From assembly GCA_963793265.1 (NCBI GenBank), contig CAWBZI010000007.1, positions 192,001 to 256,000 on the forward strand: a stretch of DNA of 64,000 nucleotides, written 5' to 3'. The translations under genes were made by a program, and so were the position numbers. This document shows positions 8,193 to 18,147 of this stretch, piece after piece; position 1 is the first letter of the stretch; every line of letters begins with the position of its first letter. The notes beneath the pieces were generated by a model, which saw only the letters and a program-made list of their open reading frames with translations, was not told the DNA's origin and did not search any database. This stretch comes from an uncultured cyanobacterium (GTDB lineage Bacteria; Cyanobacteriota; Cyanobacteriia; Phormidesmidales; Phormidesmidaceae).

Positions 8193-11100
8193 ATGAGTTC
8201 ATCCCGGTCTGCTTCGCCTGAGCCTATTGCAATTGTCGGTATTGGCTGCCGATATCCGGGGGGCGCTAATACGCCTGACGCCTTTTGGCAAATGATTCGC
8301 AATGGCATCGATAGCGTGACGGAGGTACCCGCCTCTCGCTGGAATGCAGCCGCTATTTATGACCCTGATGTGAGTGTGCCGAATAAAACGAATACTCGCT
8401 GGGGTGGCTTTTTAGAGCAAGTCGATCAGTTTGACCCGCAATTTTTTGGCATTGCGCCGCGCGAAGTGGCGACGATGGATCCACAGCAAAGGCTTTTGCT
8501 AGAGGTGACCTGGGAGGCGCTAGAAGATGCCGGGCAAATTCCCGAGCGTTTGCGCGGGTCTAAAACGGGCGTTTTTATTGGGATAGGGACGCACGACTAC
8601 TCGATTATGCTGTGGCAGCAGCCGGTGAATGACCCGTATGCGACAACCGGTACGGGGAACTGCATTGCGGCGAATCGAATCTCTTATCTGTTCGACTTTA
8701 AGGGGCCGAGCTTAGCGGTAGATACGGCCTGTTCATCGTCGTCGGTGGCGGTGCATTTGGCCTGCCAGAGTATCTGGAATGGTGAGAGCCAAATGGCGGT
8801 GGCGGGCGGCGTGAATGTGCTGCTGCTGCCGACGGTGACAGCCGGGTTTTCTAAGGGCGGCTTTATGTCGGGTGAGGGCCGGTGCAAGAGCTTTGATGCG
8901 AGTGCCGATGGCTATGTGCGCAGTGAAGGTGCAGGGCTGGTGATATTGAAGCCGCTCTCGCAGGCGGTGGCTGATAATGACGCGGTATACGCGGTAATTC
9001 GTGGAAGCGCGGTTAATCAGGACGGCTTTAGTCAGGGGATGGCGGCTCCAAATGCTGAAGCGCAGGCGGCGGTGCTGCGGGTGGCGTATGAACAGGCGGG
9101 TGTTGACCCGGCGAAGGTGCGGTATGTGGAGGCGCACGGGACAGGGACGAAGCTGGGCGATCCGGTGGAGGCGCAGGCGCTAGGGGCGGTTTTGAGTGGG
9201 GGGCGATCGCCTGAAAATCCTTGTATTATCGGCTCTGTAAAAAGCAACATCGGCCACACTGAAACAGCAGCTGGGGTCGCAGGTGTGATCAAAGCGGCTT
9301 TAATCCTCAAGCACAAGGAGATTCCGCCTAGCCTGCATTTTTACTCAGCAAATCCGGCGATTGACTTTGAGCAGTTGAGGCTGCGGGTAGAGACAGGCGT
9401 TACGTCTCTTTCACAGGAGTCTGAGATATATGTGGGCGTGAATTCTTTTGGGTTTGGAGGGACTAATGCACATACCGTATTAGCTTCGTTTGAGACGGCT
9501 AAAGTAGAACAGAATAAGTCTGTTTTAGAGGCTCAGATTTTAGCGCTTTCAGCTAAGAGTGAAGCGGCGCTAAGGGATTTAGTTGTGCGGTATCAGGAGC
9601 TATTACGCTTAGAGCCTGATCTGGGGGCTTTGTGCAGAGCGGCGGGGGTGAAGCGATCGCACTTTTCTCATCGGGTTTCTTTTGTGGCCAAGTCAGTCTT
9701 GCAGCTACAAGAAAAGATAAAGGACTGGCTAGCTGGCGATGACGCAATCGGCGCTGTGTCTGGTCGGAAGGCAGAGACTACCGGCATTGCCTTTCTCTTT
9801 ACCGGGCAAGGGTCGCAGGCAGTAGGCATGGGGCGATCGCTCTACAAAACTCAGCCTGCTTTTCGCGACGCGCTAGATTGCTGTTCTAAAATACTCAGTC
9901 AGCACAATGTCCCTTTATTAGATGTGTTGTTTGAGGGGAAGCCGACCGCAGAGGCCATTCATCAAACAGCTTATACGCAGCCGGTTTTATTCGCTTTTGA
10001 ATATGCACTGGCTCGACTTTGGATGTCGTGGGGCATTCAGCCTTCGGTAGTGCTAGGACATAGCTTAGGCGAATATATGGCTGCTTGCCTGGCGGGCGTG
10101 TTTAGTTTAGAAGATGCGCTGAAGCTAGTTACAGCCAGAGGTCGGCTGATGCAGGCGTTGCCGTCAGGAGGAGCGATGGTGTCTGTGATGGCGAGTGCGG
10201 CACTATGTAAAGAGGCCATTGCGGCAGTCGGTAAGGAAGCTTCGATTGCAGCGGTGAATGGGCCGCAGAGTACTGTTGTTTCTGGGCATGAGGAGGCGAT
10301 CGCGCAAATCACCCAACAGCTCGAACAACAAAACATTAAGTGCAAGCCGCTTACCGTCTCTCACGCCTTTCATTCAGATCTCATGGAGCCGATGCTAGAT
10401 GAGTTTCGAGAAGTGGCAAATTCGGTCATTTTCCATAAGCCCGAGCTGCCGCTAATTTCTATGCTTACAGGAGAGGTAGCCACCGCAGAGATCGCGACGG
10501 CTGACTATTGGGTGCGACATGTGCGATCGCCCGTCCAATTCCTAGATGCCATAAAAACCCTACATAAAAGACAAGAACGCACCTATCTTGAAATTGGCGC
10601 AAAGCCCATTCTGCTCGGGATGGCTCGAATCTGTTTGCCCAATGCCGAAGATGTGCGCTGGTTGCCTAGCTTGCGGCCTCAACAATCTTCTGAGCAAGTC
10701 GAAATGCTCACTAGCCTGGCGAAGCTCTACGTACAGGGCGCAAACGTCAACTGGGCGGCAGTTGATCCCAACCTGAAAGCAACCGCGATATCGCTACCCA
10801 CTTATCCCTTTCAGCGGCAGCGCTACTGGTGGGAAGGGGCGAGCATTCCTAGTATGGAGCCTCGGCAGTCAGCGTCTCAAGGACTGGCTTCTACCACAGA
10901 ACATCCTCTAATTGGCAATCGTCTGCTGCTAGCAGGCACTAGAGAGCAGCGGTTTCAAAGCTTATTGAGTGCTCAATCACCTGGCTATCTAGCAGATCAT
11001 CGTGTTTTAGAGAACGTTGTTTTGCCGGGAGCGGCTTATTTAGAGATGGCGATCGCCACGGCGGCTCACTGGTGCGGTTCTACAAAATTCTCACTCTCTC

Positions 11101-14100
11101 AGGTATCTATCGAACAACCGCTAATACTAAAAGAGAAGGCAACAGTAATACAGTCGGTACTAGCACCTGATCAAAATGAGCAGGCCACGGTTCAAATATT
11201 TAGCTCAGATTTGTCCGAAGAGAATTTTACACGTCATGCGATGGCGACAGTTGAAAAAGTCTCTTCCAAAGAGAACTTACTGCTAGAGAGGCGATCGCTT
11301 AAGAACATTCAAGCTGCCTTGCAGTTTCACGCTGTTGATGTTGACGGCTACTATCAAAAGCTTAGCGAGCAAGGGCTGAACTACGGCAAAAGTTTTCGGG
11401 TTATTCAACAGCTTTGGCGACATGAAGGGCAGGCGCTAAGCCAAATCAGCCGTGAGGGCGCTATAGATCTTGCATATTCTCTTCATCCCGCCCTGCTAGA
11501 CGGCTGCTTTCAAACCATAGGCGCGGCGGTGCAGAACAACATAGCACTCGGCACTTACCTCCCTGTTGGACTAGATTGGCTTCAGGTTTACCGCCCACTG
11601 CGGCAGTCGGGCTGGTGCGCCGTAAAGATCACGCAGCCTGATGCAAGCGCTAACGGCAGCCGAGACGGGGCAACACCTACGCAGATCAAAGCCAACCTGT
11701 CCATTTGGGATGAAGCAGGCGAGCTGGCAGCGCAAATCACAGGAATGACGCTTAGATACGTCAATCGCAGCGCTTTACAACAGCTTTTTGGTGCGCCCGA
11801 AACGCCCGCACACAATTGGCTATACGATTTCGCCTGGTTAGCTCAGCCCAAGCCAGAAGGTAAGAAGAAAATAGTGGCTCAAGATACGTCTACCTGGATT
11901 ATCTTTGCAGATGACAAAGGCATTGGGCAACAGATTACAGAAGCTTTGCAGGCGGCGAGCGGCTCAGTTAAAGTCGGATCGCAGCAGCGCTGTATTTCGG
12001 TGAAGAAGGGCGATCGCTATCAAGCCTTAAAGAAAAACACATACGCGCTAAATCCTGCTAGCGCCGAAGATTTCACGCAGCTATTCACCGATCTCACCAT
12101 TACCTTAGCGGCTGAGCAAGGCGATCTCAACTGTCGAATGCTCTATCTATGGGGTTTGGATGCTGAAGGCAGCGAGATTGGAGACTTGAGCGTACAGGAA
12201 CACGTTTGCGGCGGACTGTTGAACTTAGTAGGCGCGATCGCTCAGTTCCCTGCTCTTTCTGCTCGCCTATGGATCACAACGCAAGCGGCACAGGCAGTAG
12301 ACGGCCCTTCATCGCTCAAGCTTCAGCAAACGCCACTATGGGGCCTGGCGCGAACCCTGCGATTAGAGCATCCCGGTTTGCAGTGCATCTGCTTAGATGT
12401 CGCAGAGACATTCTTTTCTAAACTCAGCCCGAAGAGCTTGAACCTGTTGCTAGCCGATCTCTGTTACCCGGATGCCGAAGAACAGATTGCCTATCGACAA
12501 GATCTCCGGTTTGTCGCTCGCCTACTTTCTCACTCAGATGAAAAAGCCTCTCAACCCTTACAAGTTCCTGACAGTGACTCTTTCCGCCTGGGTCTTTCGA
12601 GCTACGGCGTACTCGATCATCTAACGCTAGTGCCCGCAAAACGACGCTTTCATGCAGGCGCAGCAACGCCCCAAGCGGGAGAAGTTGAAATTCAGGTGAA
12701 GGCTTCAGGGCTAAACTTTCGTGATGTGTTGAACGCGCTAGGAATGCTGCAATCGGTGGCAGAGAGCATGGGCTATGCCACCTCGGCGGAGGTGCCTTTT
12801 GGTGGTGAGTGTGCAGGGATTATAACGGCAGTTGGGCCAGGCGTGAAGCGTGTGCAGGTGGGCGATGCAGTGATTGCCGCGCAGGCCGTAGGCAGCTTGA
12901 GTCAGTTTGTAACGGTGCCGGTAGATTTTGTGGTGCCAAAGCCGCCGTCTATGAGCTTTGCCGATGCGGCGACGATACCCACCACGTTTTTGACGGCCTA
13001 TTATGGGCTGGTGCACTGCGCTAGGTTGAAGAAGGGCGATCGCATCTTGATTCATGCCGCAGCAGGCGGTGTAGGGCAGTCGGCGGTTCAGCTCGCACAG
13101 CAGATTGGTGCTGAGGTGTTTGCAACCGCAAGCGAGCCTAAGTGGAACTTCTTGCGGGCGATGGGTGTTAAGTATGTCAGTAACTCTCGATCACTTGACT
13201 TTGCCGATGAGATCTTGGCGCTGACAGAGGGTAAAGGCGTAGATGTTGTCTTCAACAGTTTGAATGGAGAGGTAATCGGCAAAAATATAGAGGTACTAGC
13301 GCCACAGGGTCGGTTTGTTGAAATCGGTAAAATTGGGATCTGGACGACGGATCAGATGCAGGCGACTCGGCCCGATGTGAGCTATTTCCCATTTGACCTG
13401 CTAGAGGTTTCTAATGCTGACTCACAAATTATTGCTCAAATGTTTGCTGAGCTGATGACCCGCTTCAAGTCAAGAAGTCTTCAGCCTTTACCTAAAACTG
13501 TGTTTCCCATTGAGTTTGCTCCTGACGCCTTCCGCTATATGGCCCAGTCGCGGCACATTGGGAAGGTTGTGCTGACGCTGCCGGAGATTGCGCCGTATCA
13601 GGAGATGATTGATGGTGAGGCGAATTATTTGCTGGCTGGGGGATTGGGGGCCTTAGGGCTTAGGGTGGCTGAGTGGCTAGTGAGTCAGGGTGCGCGTCAT
13701 TTGATTCTGTTAGGGAGGCGATCACCTGCTGCCGCTGCAAAAGAAACTATCTCGCATCTTGAAAACGAAGGCGCTACTGTTAAAGTTATCCAAACTGACA
13801 TTGCCAGTGCAAAAGAACTTAAAACGGCCCTTTCTTCTTTCATAAACGCCTCATCTGCTCACCCGATCAAAGGCGTGTTTCATTTAGCGGGCGTTCTAGA
13901 AGACAAACTCCTTATAAACCAAACCTGGGAAAGCTTTGAAACTGTCATGAAGCCCAAGATTGCGGGCGCTTGGAACTTACACTATCTCACTCAAGACCTA
14001 CCGCTCGATCACTTTGTCTGTTTTTCTTCGATTGTCTCTTTGATGGGTTCTTTGGGGCAAGGCAACTATGCGGCGGCGAATACCTTTCTCGATGGCCTAG

Positions 14101-16136
14101 CACATCATCGTCGCGGGCTCGGACTGCCAGCGCTAAGCATCAACTGGGGGCCTTGGGCCGAAGCTGGGATGGTCGCTGAGCTAGACACTCGCAGCCAAGA
14201 CCGCATGAAAGCGCAAGGATTGACGGCAATCTCGCCGGACGTGGGTCTACAGATATTAGGTGAGGCGATGCACCAAGCGAGAACGCAGGTGGGCGTAGTG
14301 CCGATTGACTGGGCTGCGTTTATGGCATCCGCAGGCGGGCAGGCGAGCGGCGCAAAGTCCTCGCTGTTTACAGCACTCAGACCAGCGGCTAAACCGGCTA
14401 AGGCGGCATTACGCGCTGAGGTGCTTCAGCAGTTGACGACCGTCGATGCGCGAGATCGCCCCGCCCTATTAGCCACCTACATTCAAGCTCAGCTCGCAAA
14501 AGTCATGGGCTTCAGCTCACCAGAGGCCATCAGCCTCAACGAACAGTTTGGCGACTTAGGCATGGATTCTCTCATGGCCGTCGAATTCAGCAATCGCCTG
14601 CAAACCAATCTCAATCACCCCATTCCACAAACGCTCGCCTTTGACTATCCCACCGTCAATGCCCTATCCAAGTATTTAGTGCAAAAAATCGCGCCTGCAA
14701 CAGATGCCGAAAAAGCACAGCCTGCCGCTATGAAGAAAGCACCAGCCTCTACGTCTATTAAATCCACTGCCGCTGAATCCACTGCCGCTAAATCCACTAC
14801 CGCTGAATCCACTACCGCTGAATCCACTACCGCTAAATCTACTGCTGTTGAACCTATAGCAGAACATTCTCTTCCCCCAAAACACACGCCGAAGCAAAAC
14901 AAAGCTCCCTCATACAAGCCTCCGGCAGCGCACTATCAGTTCTCACAAATGCCTGACTACCGGCGATTACAGCAGGATCTAGAGCGGCTCGAAGATCTCA
15001 AAAATCCTTTCTTCGCCGTTCACGATGGTATTGCCAAAGACACCACGCATATTCAGGGGCGATCGCTCATAAACTACGCCAGCTACAACTATCTCGGACT
15101 CTCAGGCCATCCCGCCGTCAGCGAAGCCGCCCAAAAGGCAATTACGCAATACGGCACCTCCGTTTCGGCAAGTCGAGTGGTTTCAGGCGAGCGCAGTGTT
15201 CATCTGAAATTAGAGCAGGCGATCGCACAGTTCTTAGGCACCGAAGACTGCATTACCTTCATCGGCGGACACGCCACCAACGTAACTACCATCGGCCACC
15301 TCTTCCAAGAAAAAGACCTCATCCTTTGCGACGCGCTTAGCCACAACAGCATTCGCGAAGGATGCAAGCTCTCAGGTGCAACCATTATCGAGTTTCCTCA
15401 CAACGACTGGCAGGCGCTTGACGAGCTTTTATATGAACATCGCCCTCATCATGAGAAAGTATTGGTCGCCATTGAAGGCGTTTATAGTACAGATGGCGAT
15501 CTGGCTGTGCTGACAGAATTTGTGCGGCTAAAAGCAGCGCATAAGGTGTTCTTGATGGTAGATGAGGCGCATTCTATTGGCGTGACGGGTGCGACCGGGC
15601 GAGGTGTGGGTGAGCACTTTGGCGTAGCTGCTGGCGATGTAGATATGTGGATGGGCACGTTGAGTAAGTCTTTTGCGAGCTGTGGCGGCTATATCGCTGG
15701 GTGTTCTGAGCTGGTGAAATACCTGAAATATACGGCTCCAGGATTCTTGTTTAGTGTGGGAATGGCTCCTGCGAATGCAGCAGCAGCACTCGCGGCTTTG
15801 CAAACAGTTCAGCGAGAGCCAGAGCGGGTGACTCAGGTGCAGGCGCGATCGCGTTTGTTCCTCTCTTTAGCCAAAGCCCAAGGACTCAACACCGGAGACA
15901 GCCACGATTCTCCCGTAGTCCCCATTATTGTTGGCGAACCTTACAAGGCCGTTCAACTCTCTTACACACTGCTTCAGCAAGGCATCAACGTACAGCCAAT
16001 GGTTTACCCTTCAGTGCCTTACAACGCCGCTCGCTTACGATTCTTTTTAAGCTGCTTACACACCGAAGAACAGATTACAAAAACCGTACAGACTATTGCC
16101 GACGAGCTAATGATTATCAACGCAGCGGCCTTATAG
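8193..16136 (+). CDS. Type I reducing PKS (KS-AT-DH-ER-KR-ACP) fused to a C-terminal PLP-dependent alpha-oxoamine synthase
   Basis: KS: DTACSSS, HGTGT, NIGH. AT: GHSLG, HAFHS (malonyl type). DH: HRVLENVVLP, HPALLDG. ER: LIHAAAGGVG. KR: GGLGALG, NYAAAN. ACP: GMDSL. AOS: SYNYLG, DEAHS, GTLSKS. Confidence 0.95.
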   Translation: MSSSRSASPEPIAIVGIGCRYPGGANTPDAFWQMIRNGIDSVTEVPASRWNAAAIYDPDVSVPNKTNTRWGGFLEQVDQFDPQFFGIAPREVATMDPQQRLLLEVTWEALEDAGQIPERLRGSKTGVFIGIGTHDYSIMLWQQPVNDPYATTGTGNCIAANRISYLFDFKGPSLAVDTACSSSSVAVHLACQSIWNGESQMAVAGGVNVLLLPTVTAGFSKGGFMSGEGRCKSFDASADGYVRSEGAGLVILKPLSQAVADNDAVYAVIRGSAVNQDGFSQGMAAPNAEAQAAVLRVAYEQAGVDPAKVRYVEAHGTGTKLGDPVEAQALGAVLSGGRSPENPCIIGSVKSNIGHTETAAGVAGVIKAALILKHKEIPPSLHFYSANPAIDFEQLRLRVETGVTSLSQESEIYVGVNSFGFGGTNAHTVLASFETAKVEQNKSVLEAQILALSAKSEAALRDLVVRYQELLRLEPDLGALCRAAGVKRSHFSHRVSFVAKSVLQLQEKIKDWLAGDDAIGAVSGRKAETTGIAFLFTGQGSQAVGMGRSLYKTQPAFRDALDCCSKILSQHNVPLLDVLFEGKPTAEAIHQTAYTQPVLFAFEYALARLWMSWGIQPSVVLGHSLGEYMAACLAGVFSLEDALKLVTARGRLMQALPSGGAMVSVMASAALCKEAIAAVGKEASIAAVNGPQSTVVSGHEEAIAQITQQLEQQNIKCKPLTVSHAFHSDLMEPMLDEFREVANSVIFHKPELPLISMLTGEVATAEIATADYWVRHVRSPVQFLDAIKTLHKRQERTYLEIGAKPILLGMARICLPNAEDVRWLPSLRPQQSSEQVEMLTSLAKLYVQGANVNWAAVDPNLKATAISLPTYPFQRQRYWWEGASIPSMEPRQSASQGLASTTEHPLIGNRLLLAGTREQRFQSLLSAQSPGYLADHRVLENVVLPGAAYLEMAIATAAHWCGSTKFSLSQVSIEQPLILKEKATVIQSVLAPDQNEQATVQIFSSDLSEENFTRHAMATVEKVSSKENLLLERRSLKNIQAALQFHAVDVDGYYQKLSEQGLNYGKSFRVIQQLWRHEGQALSQISREGAIDLAYSLHPALLDGCFQTIGAAVQNNIALGTYLPVGLDWLQVYRPLRQSGWCAVKITQPDASANGSRDGATPTQIKANLSIWDEAGELAAQITGMTLRYVNRSALQQLFGAPETPAHNWLYDFAWLAQPKPEGKKKIVAQDTSTWIIFADDKGIGQQITEALQAASGSVKVGSQQRCISVKKGDRYQALKKNTYALNPASAEDFTQLFTDLTITLAAEQGDLNCRMLYLWGLDAEGSEIGDLSVQEHVCGGLLNLVGAIAQFPALSARLWITTQAAQAVDGPSSLKLQQTPLWGLARTLRLEHPGLQCICLDVAETFFSKLSPKSLNLLLADLCYPDAEEQIAYRQDLRFVARLLSHSDEKASQPLQVPDSDSFRLGLSSYGVLDHLTLVPAKRRFHAGAATPQAGEVEIQVKASGLNFRDVLNALGMLQSVAESMGYATSAEVPFGGECAGIITAVGPGVKRVQVGDAVIAAQAVGSLSQFVTVPVDFVVPKPPSMSFADAATIPTTFLTAYYGLVHCARLKKGDRILIHAAAGGVGQSAVQLAQQIGAEVFATASEPKWNFLRAMGVKYVSNSRSLDFADEILALTEGKGVDVVFNSLNGEVIGKNIEVLAPQGRFVEIGKIGIWTTDQMQATRPDVSYFPFDLLEVSNADSQIIAQMFAELMTRFKSRSLQPLPKTVFPIEFAPDAFRYMAQSRHIGKVVLTLPEIAPYQEMIDGEANYLLAGGLGALGLRVAEWLVSQGARHLILLGRRSPAAAAKETISHLENEGATVKVIQTDIASAKELKTALSSFINASSAHPIKGVFHLAGVLEDKLLINQTWESFETVMKPKIAGAWNLHYLTQDLPLDHFVCFSSIVSLMGSLGQGNYAAANTFLDGLAHHRRGLGLPALSINWGPWAEAGMVAELDTRSQDRMKAQGLTAISPDVGLQILGEAMHQARTQVGVVPIDWAAFMASAGGQASGAKSSLFTALRPAAKPAKAALRAEVLQQLTTVDARDRPALLATYIQAQLAKVMGFSSPEAISLNEQFGDLGMDSLMAVEFSNRLQTNLNHPIPQTLAFDYPTVNALSKYLVQKIAPATDAEKAQPAAMKKAPASTSIKSTAAESTAAKSTTAESTTAESTTAKSTAVEPIAEHSLPPKHTPKQNKAPSYKPPAAHYQFSQMPDYRRLQQDLERLEDLKNPFFAVHDGIAKDTTHIQGRSLINYASYNYLGLSGHPAVSEAAQKAITQYGTSVSASRVVSGERSVHLKLEQAIAQFLGTEDCITFIGGHATNVTTIGHLFQEKDLILCDALSHNSIREGCKLSGATIIEFPHNDWQALDELLYEHRPHHEKVLVAIEGVYSTDGDLAVLTEFVRLKAAHKVFLMVDEAHSIGVTGATGRGVGEHFGVAAGDVDMWMGTLSKSFASCGGYIAGCSELVKYLKYTAPGFLFSVGMAPANAAAALAALQTVQREPERVTQVQARSRLFLSLAKAQGLNTGDSHDSPVVPIIVGEPYKAVQLSYTLLQQGINVQPMVYPSVPYNAARLRFFLSCLHTEEQITKTVQTIADELMIINAAAL
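14760..14849 (+). repeat. Intragenic 15-bp tandem repeat x6 encoding a (K/E)ST(A/T)A linker
   Basis: Units (A/G)AATCCACT(G/A)CCGCT, the sixth degenerate, between the ACP and AOS domains. Confidence 0.92.
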
Positions 16137-17191
16137 TGGCTGTCAAATCTTCTCGCACCTACCGAATCGTCGCGCTACCGGGTGAAGGCATTGGCCCTGA
16201 AGTGGTAGAAGCTTGTCTGAAAATTCTTCAAGAACTGTCAGGAACAGAGGGCTTTACGGTTGTAATAGATTACGGTTGGATTGGCGAACCGGCCCGGCAA
16301 CAGTTTGGCTCTGCCTTGCCCAAGGAGACTTTGCAGCTATGCGAAGGTGCGGACGGTATTTTGTTCGGTGCGGTTACTAAAGGAGGACTGTTAGAGCTAC
16401 GGCGACACTTTGACTTATTTACCAACCTGCGTCCGGTTCGGCCTTCATTGAGCTTGATCCATACCTCCGCTATTAAAGCCGAGCGGTTGCAAAACGTCGA
16501 TTTACTCTTTGTTCGAGAGCTAGTCAGCGGAATCTATTTTGGCGAGTCGGGGCGATCGCACAGCGAAGGATTTCACACCATGCGCTACGCCGACAGTGAA
16601 ATTCGTCGAGTTGCAAAAGTCGCTCTGGGATATGCACAGTCTCGGCGGCAACGCCTTTGTGTGGCGCACAAGGAGAACGCACTGCCTCATTTGCACTGGA
16701 CACGAATCGTAAAAGAAGAGGCGCAAGCTTTTGAAACTGTGAAGGTAGAGCCGATGCTGGTAGACAATTTGGCAATGCAGCTTGTAACGCGGCCTGCTGA
16801 CTTTGATGTTGTGCTGGCGGGGAATTTATTTGGTGATATTTTGAGTGATTTAGGAGGTGCGATCGCTGGCTCAATCGGTTTACTCGGCTCAGCTAGCCTT
16901 AACGCCGACGGGTTTGGTATGTACGAAGCTGTGCATGGTACGGCCCCTGACATTGCCGGTAAAGGCATTGCTAATCCGCTCGGAACCTTAGCAGGTGTCG
17001 TCTTGATGCTAGAGCAATGGGGTGAAATTCGAGCGGCTAAGAGGCTCGTGTCTATCCAAGAAAAGCTGCTTGCTCAGGGCTACCGAACGGCTGACTTATT
17101 TCAACCGAACGCACCGCATCATCAGCAAATGGTCACCACTGCCGAACTTGTTAATCTATTTATCACATTAATTCGGGAGCCTGACCGGTAG
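16136..17191 (+). CDS. Isocitrate/isopropylmalate dehydrogenase family protein (LeuB-like paralogue)
   Basis: GIGPEV, NLRPV, VRE..SGIYFG, NLFGDILSD and HGTAPDIAG motifs. GTG start overlaps the PKS TAG. Confidence 0.88.
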   Translation: MAVKSSRTYRIVALPGEGIGPEVVEACLKILQELSGTEGFTVVIDYGWIGEPARQQFGSALPKETLQLCEGADGILFGAVTKGGLLELRRHFDLFTNLRPVRPSLSLIHTSAIKAERLQNVDLLFVRELVSGIYFGESGRSHSEGFHTMRYADSEIRRVAKVALGYAQSRRQRLCVAHKENALPHLHWTRIVKEEAQAFETVKVEPMLVDNLAMQLVTRPADFDVVLAGNLFGDILSDLGGAIAGSIGLLGSASLNADGFGMYEAVHGTAPDIAGKGIANPLGTLAGVVLMLEQWGEIRAAKRLVSIQEKLLAQGYRTADLFQPNAPHHQQMVTTAELVNLFITLIREPDR

Positions 17192-17238
17192 AATGCGATC
17201 ACTTTATTCAATATGTCCTATTACTTTTTTTCCTACAA

Positions 17239-18042
17239 ATGAAAGCTCAAGAAAACACTATGATCTGCTTTAATCGATTGCTGGCAGGCAAACGCTTGAG
17301 CTATACAAAAGCGGTTTTGTTAAGTGCAATTTGTGTAAATGTGATTGCGCCCGGCGAGGCACTAGCCGAACCTTTACCCAGTGTCACCTCTACAATCGAT
17401 GCCTCAGACGGAATCGCAACAGTACAAGACGATTGGAAGAGTGAGCCTGCCGCTGAAGCTCTACAGCCCAGCAGTCAGCTTACCAGTGAGTTTATCCCTG
17501 AAGAGATTTCTCTTAGCGCTGAGAATCCTTCTGTTCTACTCACTCAGCTCGAAGATGAAACAGATGAGACGCCAAAGTTTGGCACCGCTGGTAAGCAACG
17601 ACTGTATGTACAAGGCGCAGTTGCAAGTGATTTTGATGATGAAACGCTCGGCTTGGTCGGTGTAGGCGTATCTCATTTCTTCTATGACGCGCACAGCGTT
17701 AATTTAGAGCTGAACGCGCTGGCTTTTGATCAGCCAGGAGACAATGCGCTCGGGTTAAATCTGAATCTTTTGGTGCGATCGCACTGGATTCGCGGCGAAA
17801 ACTGGTCTGTTTTCATCGATGGCGGCGCAGGCATCATCGGCACCACCAGCGACGTACCCAGCGAAGGATCAAGCTTCAACTTCACCCCCCAAGTCGGCGG
17901 CGGCGCAACCTTCCAAATCAACGATAAACAGCGGCTTATGACCGGCCTCCGCTACTACCACATCTCCAACGCCGACACCTTTGAGAGCAACCCAGGCTTG
18001 GACGCCTTGATGGGCTATGTGGGCCTCAACTTTCCGCTATAA
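17239..18042 (+). CDS. PagL-like (acyloxyacyl hydrolase) outer-membrane beta-barrel
   Basis: Signal-peptide-like N-terminus, FNFTPQVGGG, catalytic-type YHISNA...NPG motif, terminal beta strand. Confidence 0.72.
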   Translation: MKAQENTMICFNRLLAGKRLSYTKAVLLSAICVNVIAPGEALAEPLPSVTSTIDASDGIATVQDDWKSEPAAEALQPSSQLTSEFIPEEISLSAENPSVLLTQLEDETDETPKFGTAGKQRLYVQGAVASDFDDETLGLVGVGVSHFFYDAHSVNLELNALAFDQPGDNALGLNLNLLVRSHWIRGENWSVFIDGGAGIIGTTSDVPSEGSSFNFTPQVGGGATFQINDKQRLMTGLRYYHISNADTFESNPGLDALMGYVGLNFPL

Positions 18043-18147
18043 ATCTTTTCAAGGATCCGTTGGCATCTATGAGCTAGATACTCTGTTTGCAACTGTCAAT
18101 TACATTTTCAAGCAATGTAAGCAACAGTTGAAGGCATTGGTAAGCGC

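Noticed and set aside
14760..14849. Tandem repeat considered as a CRISPR array
   Set aside because: No spacers, in-frame coding sequence, and no cas genes in the window.
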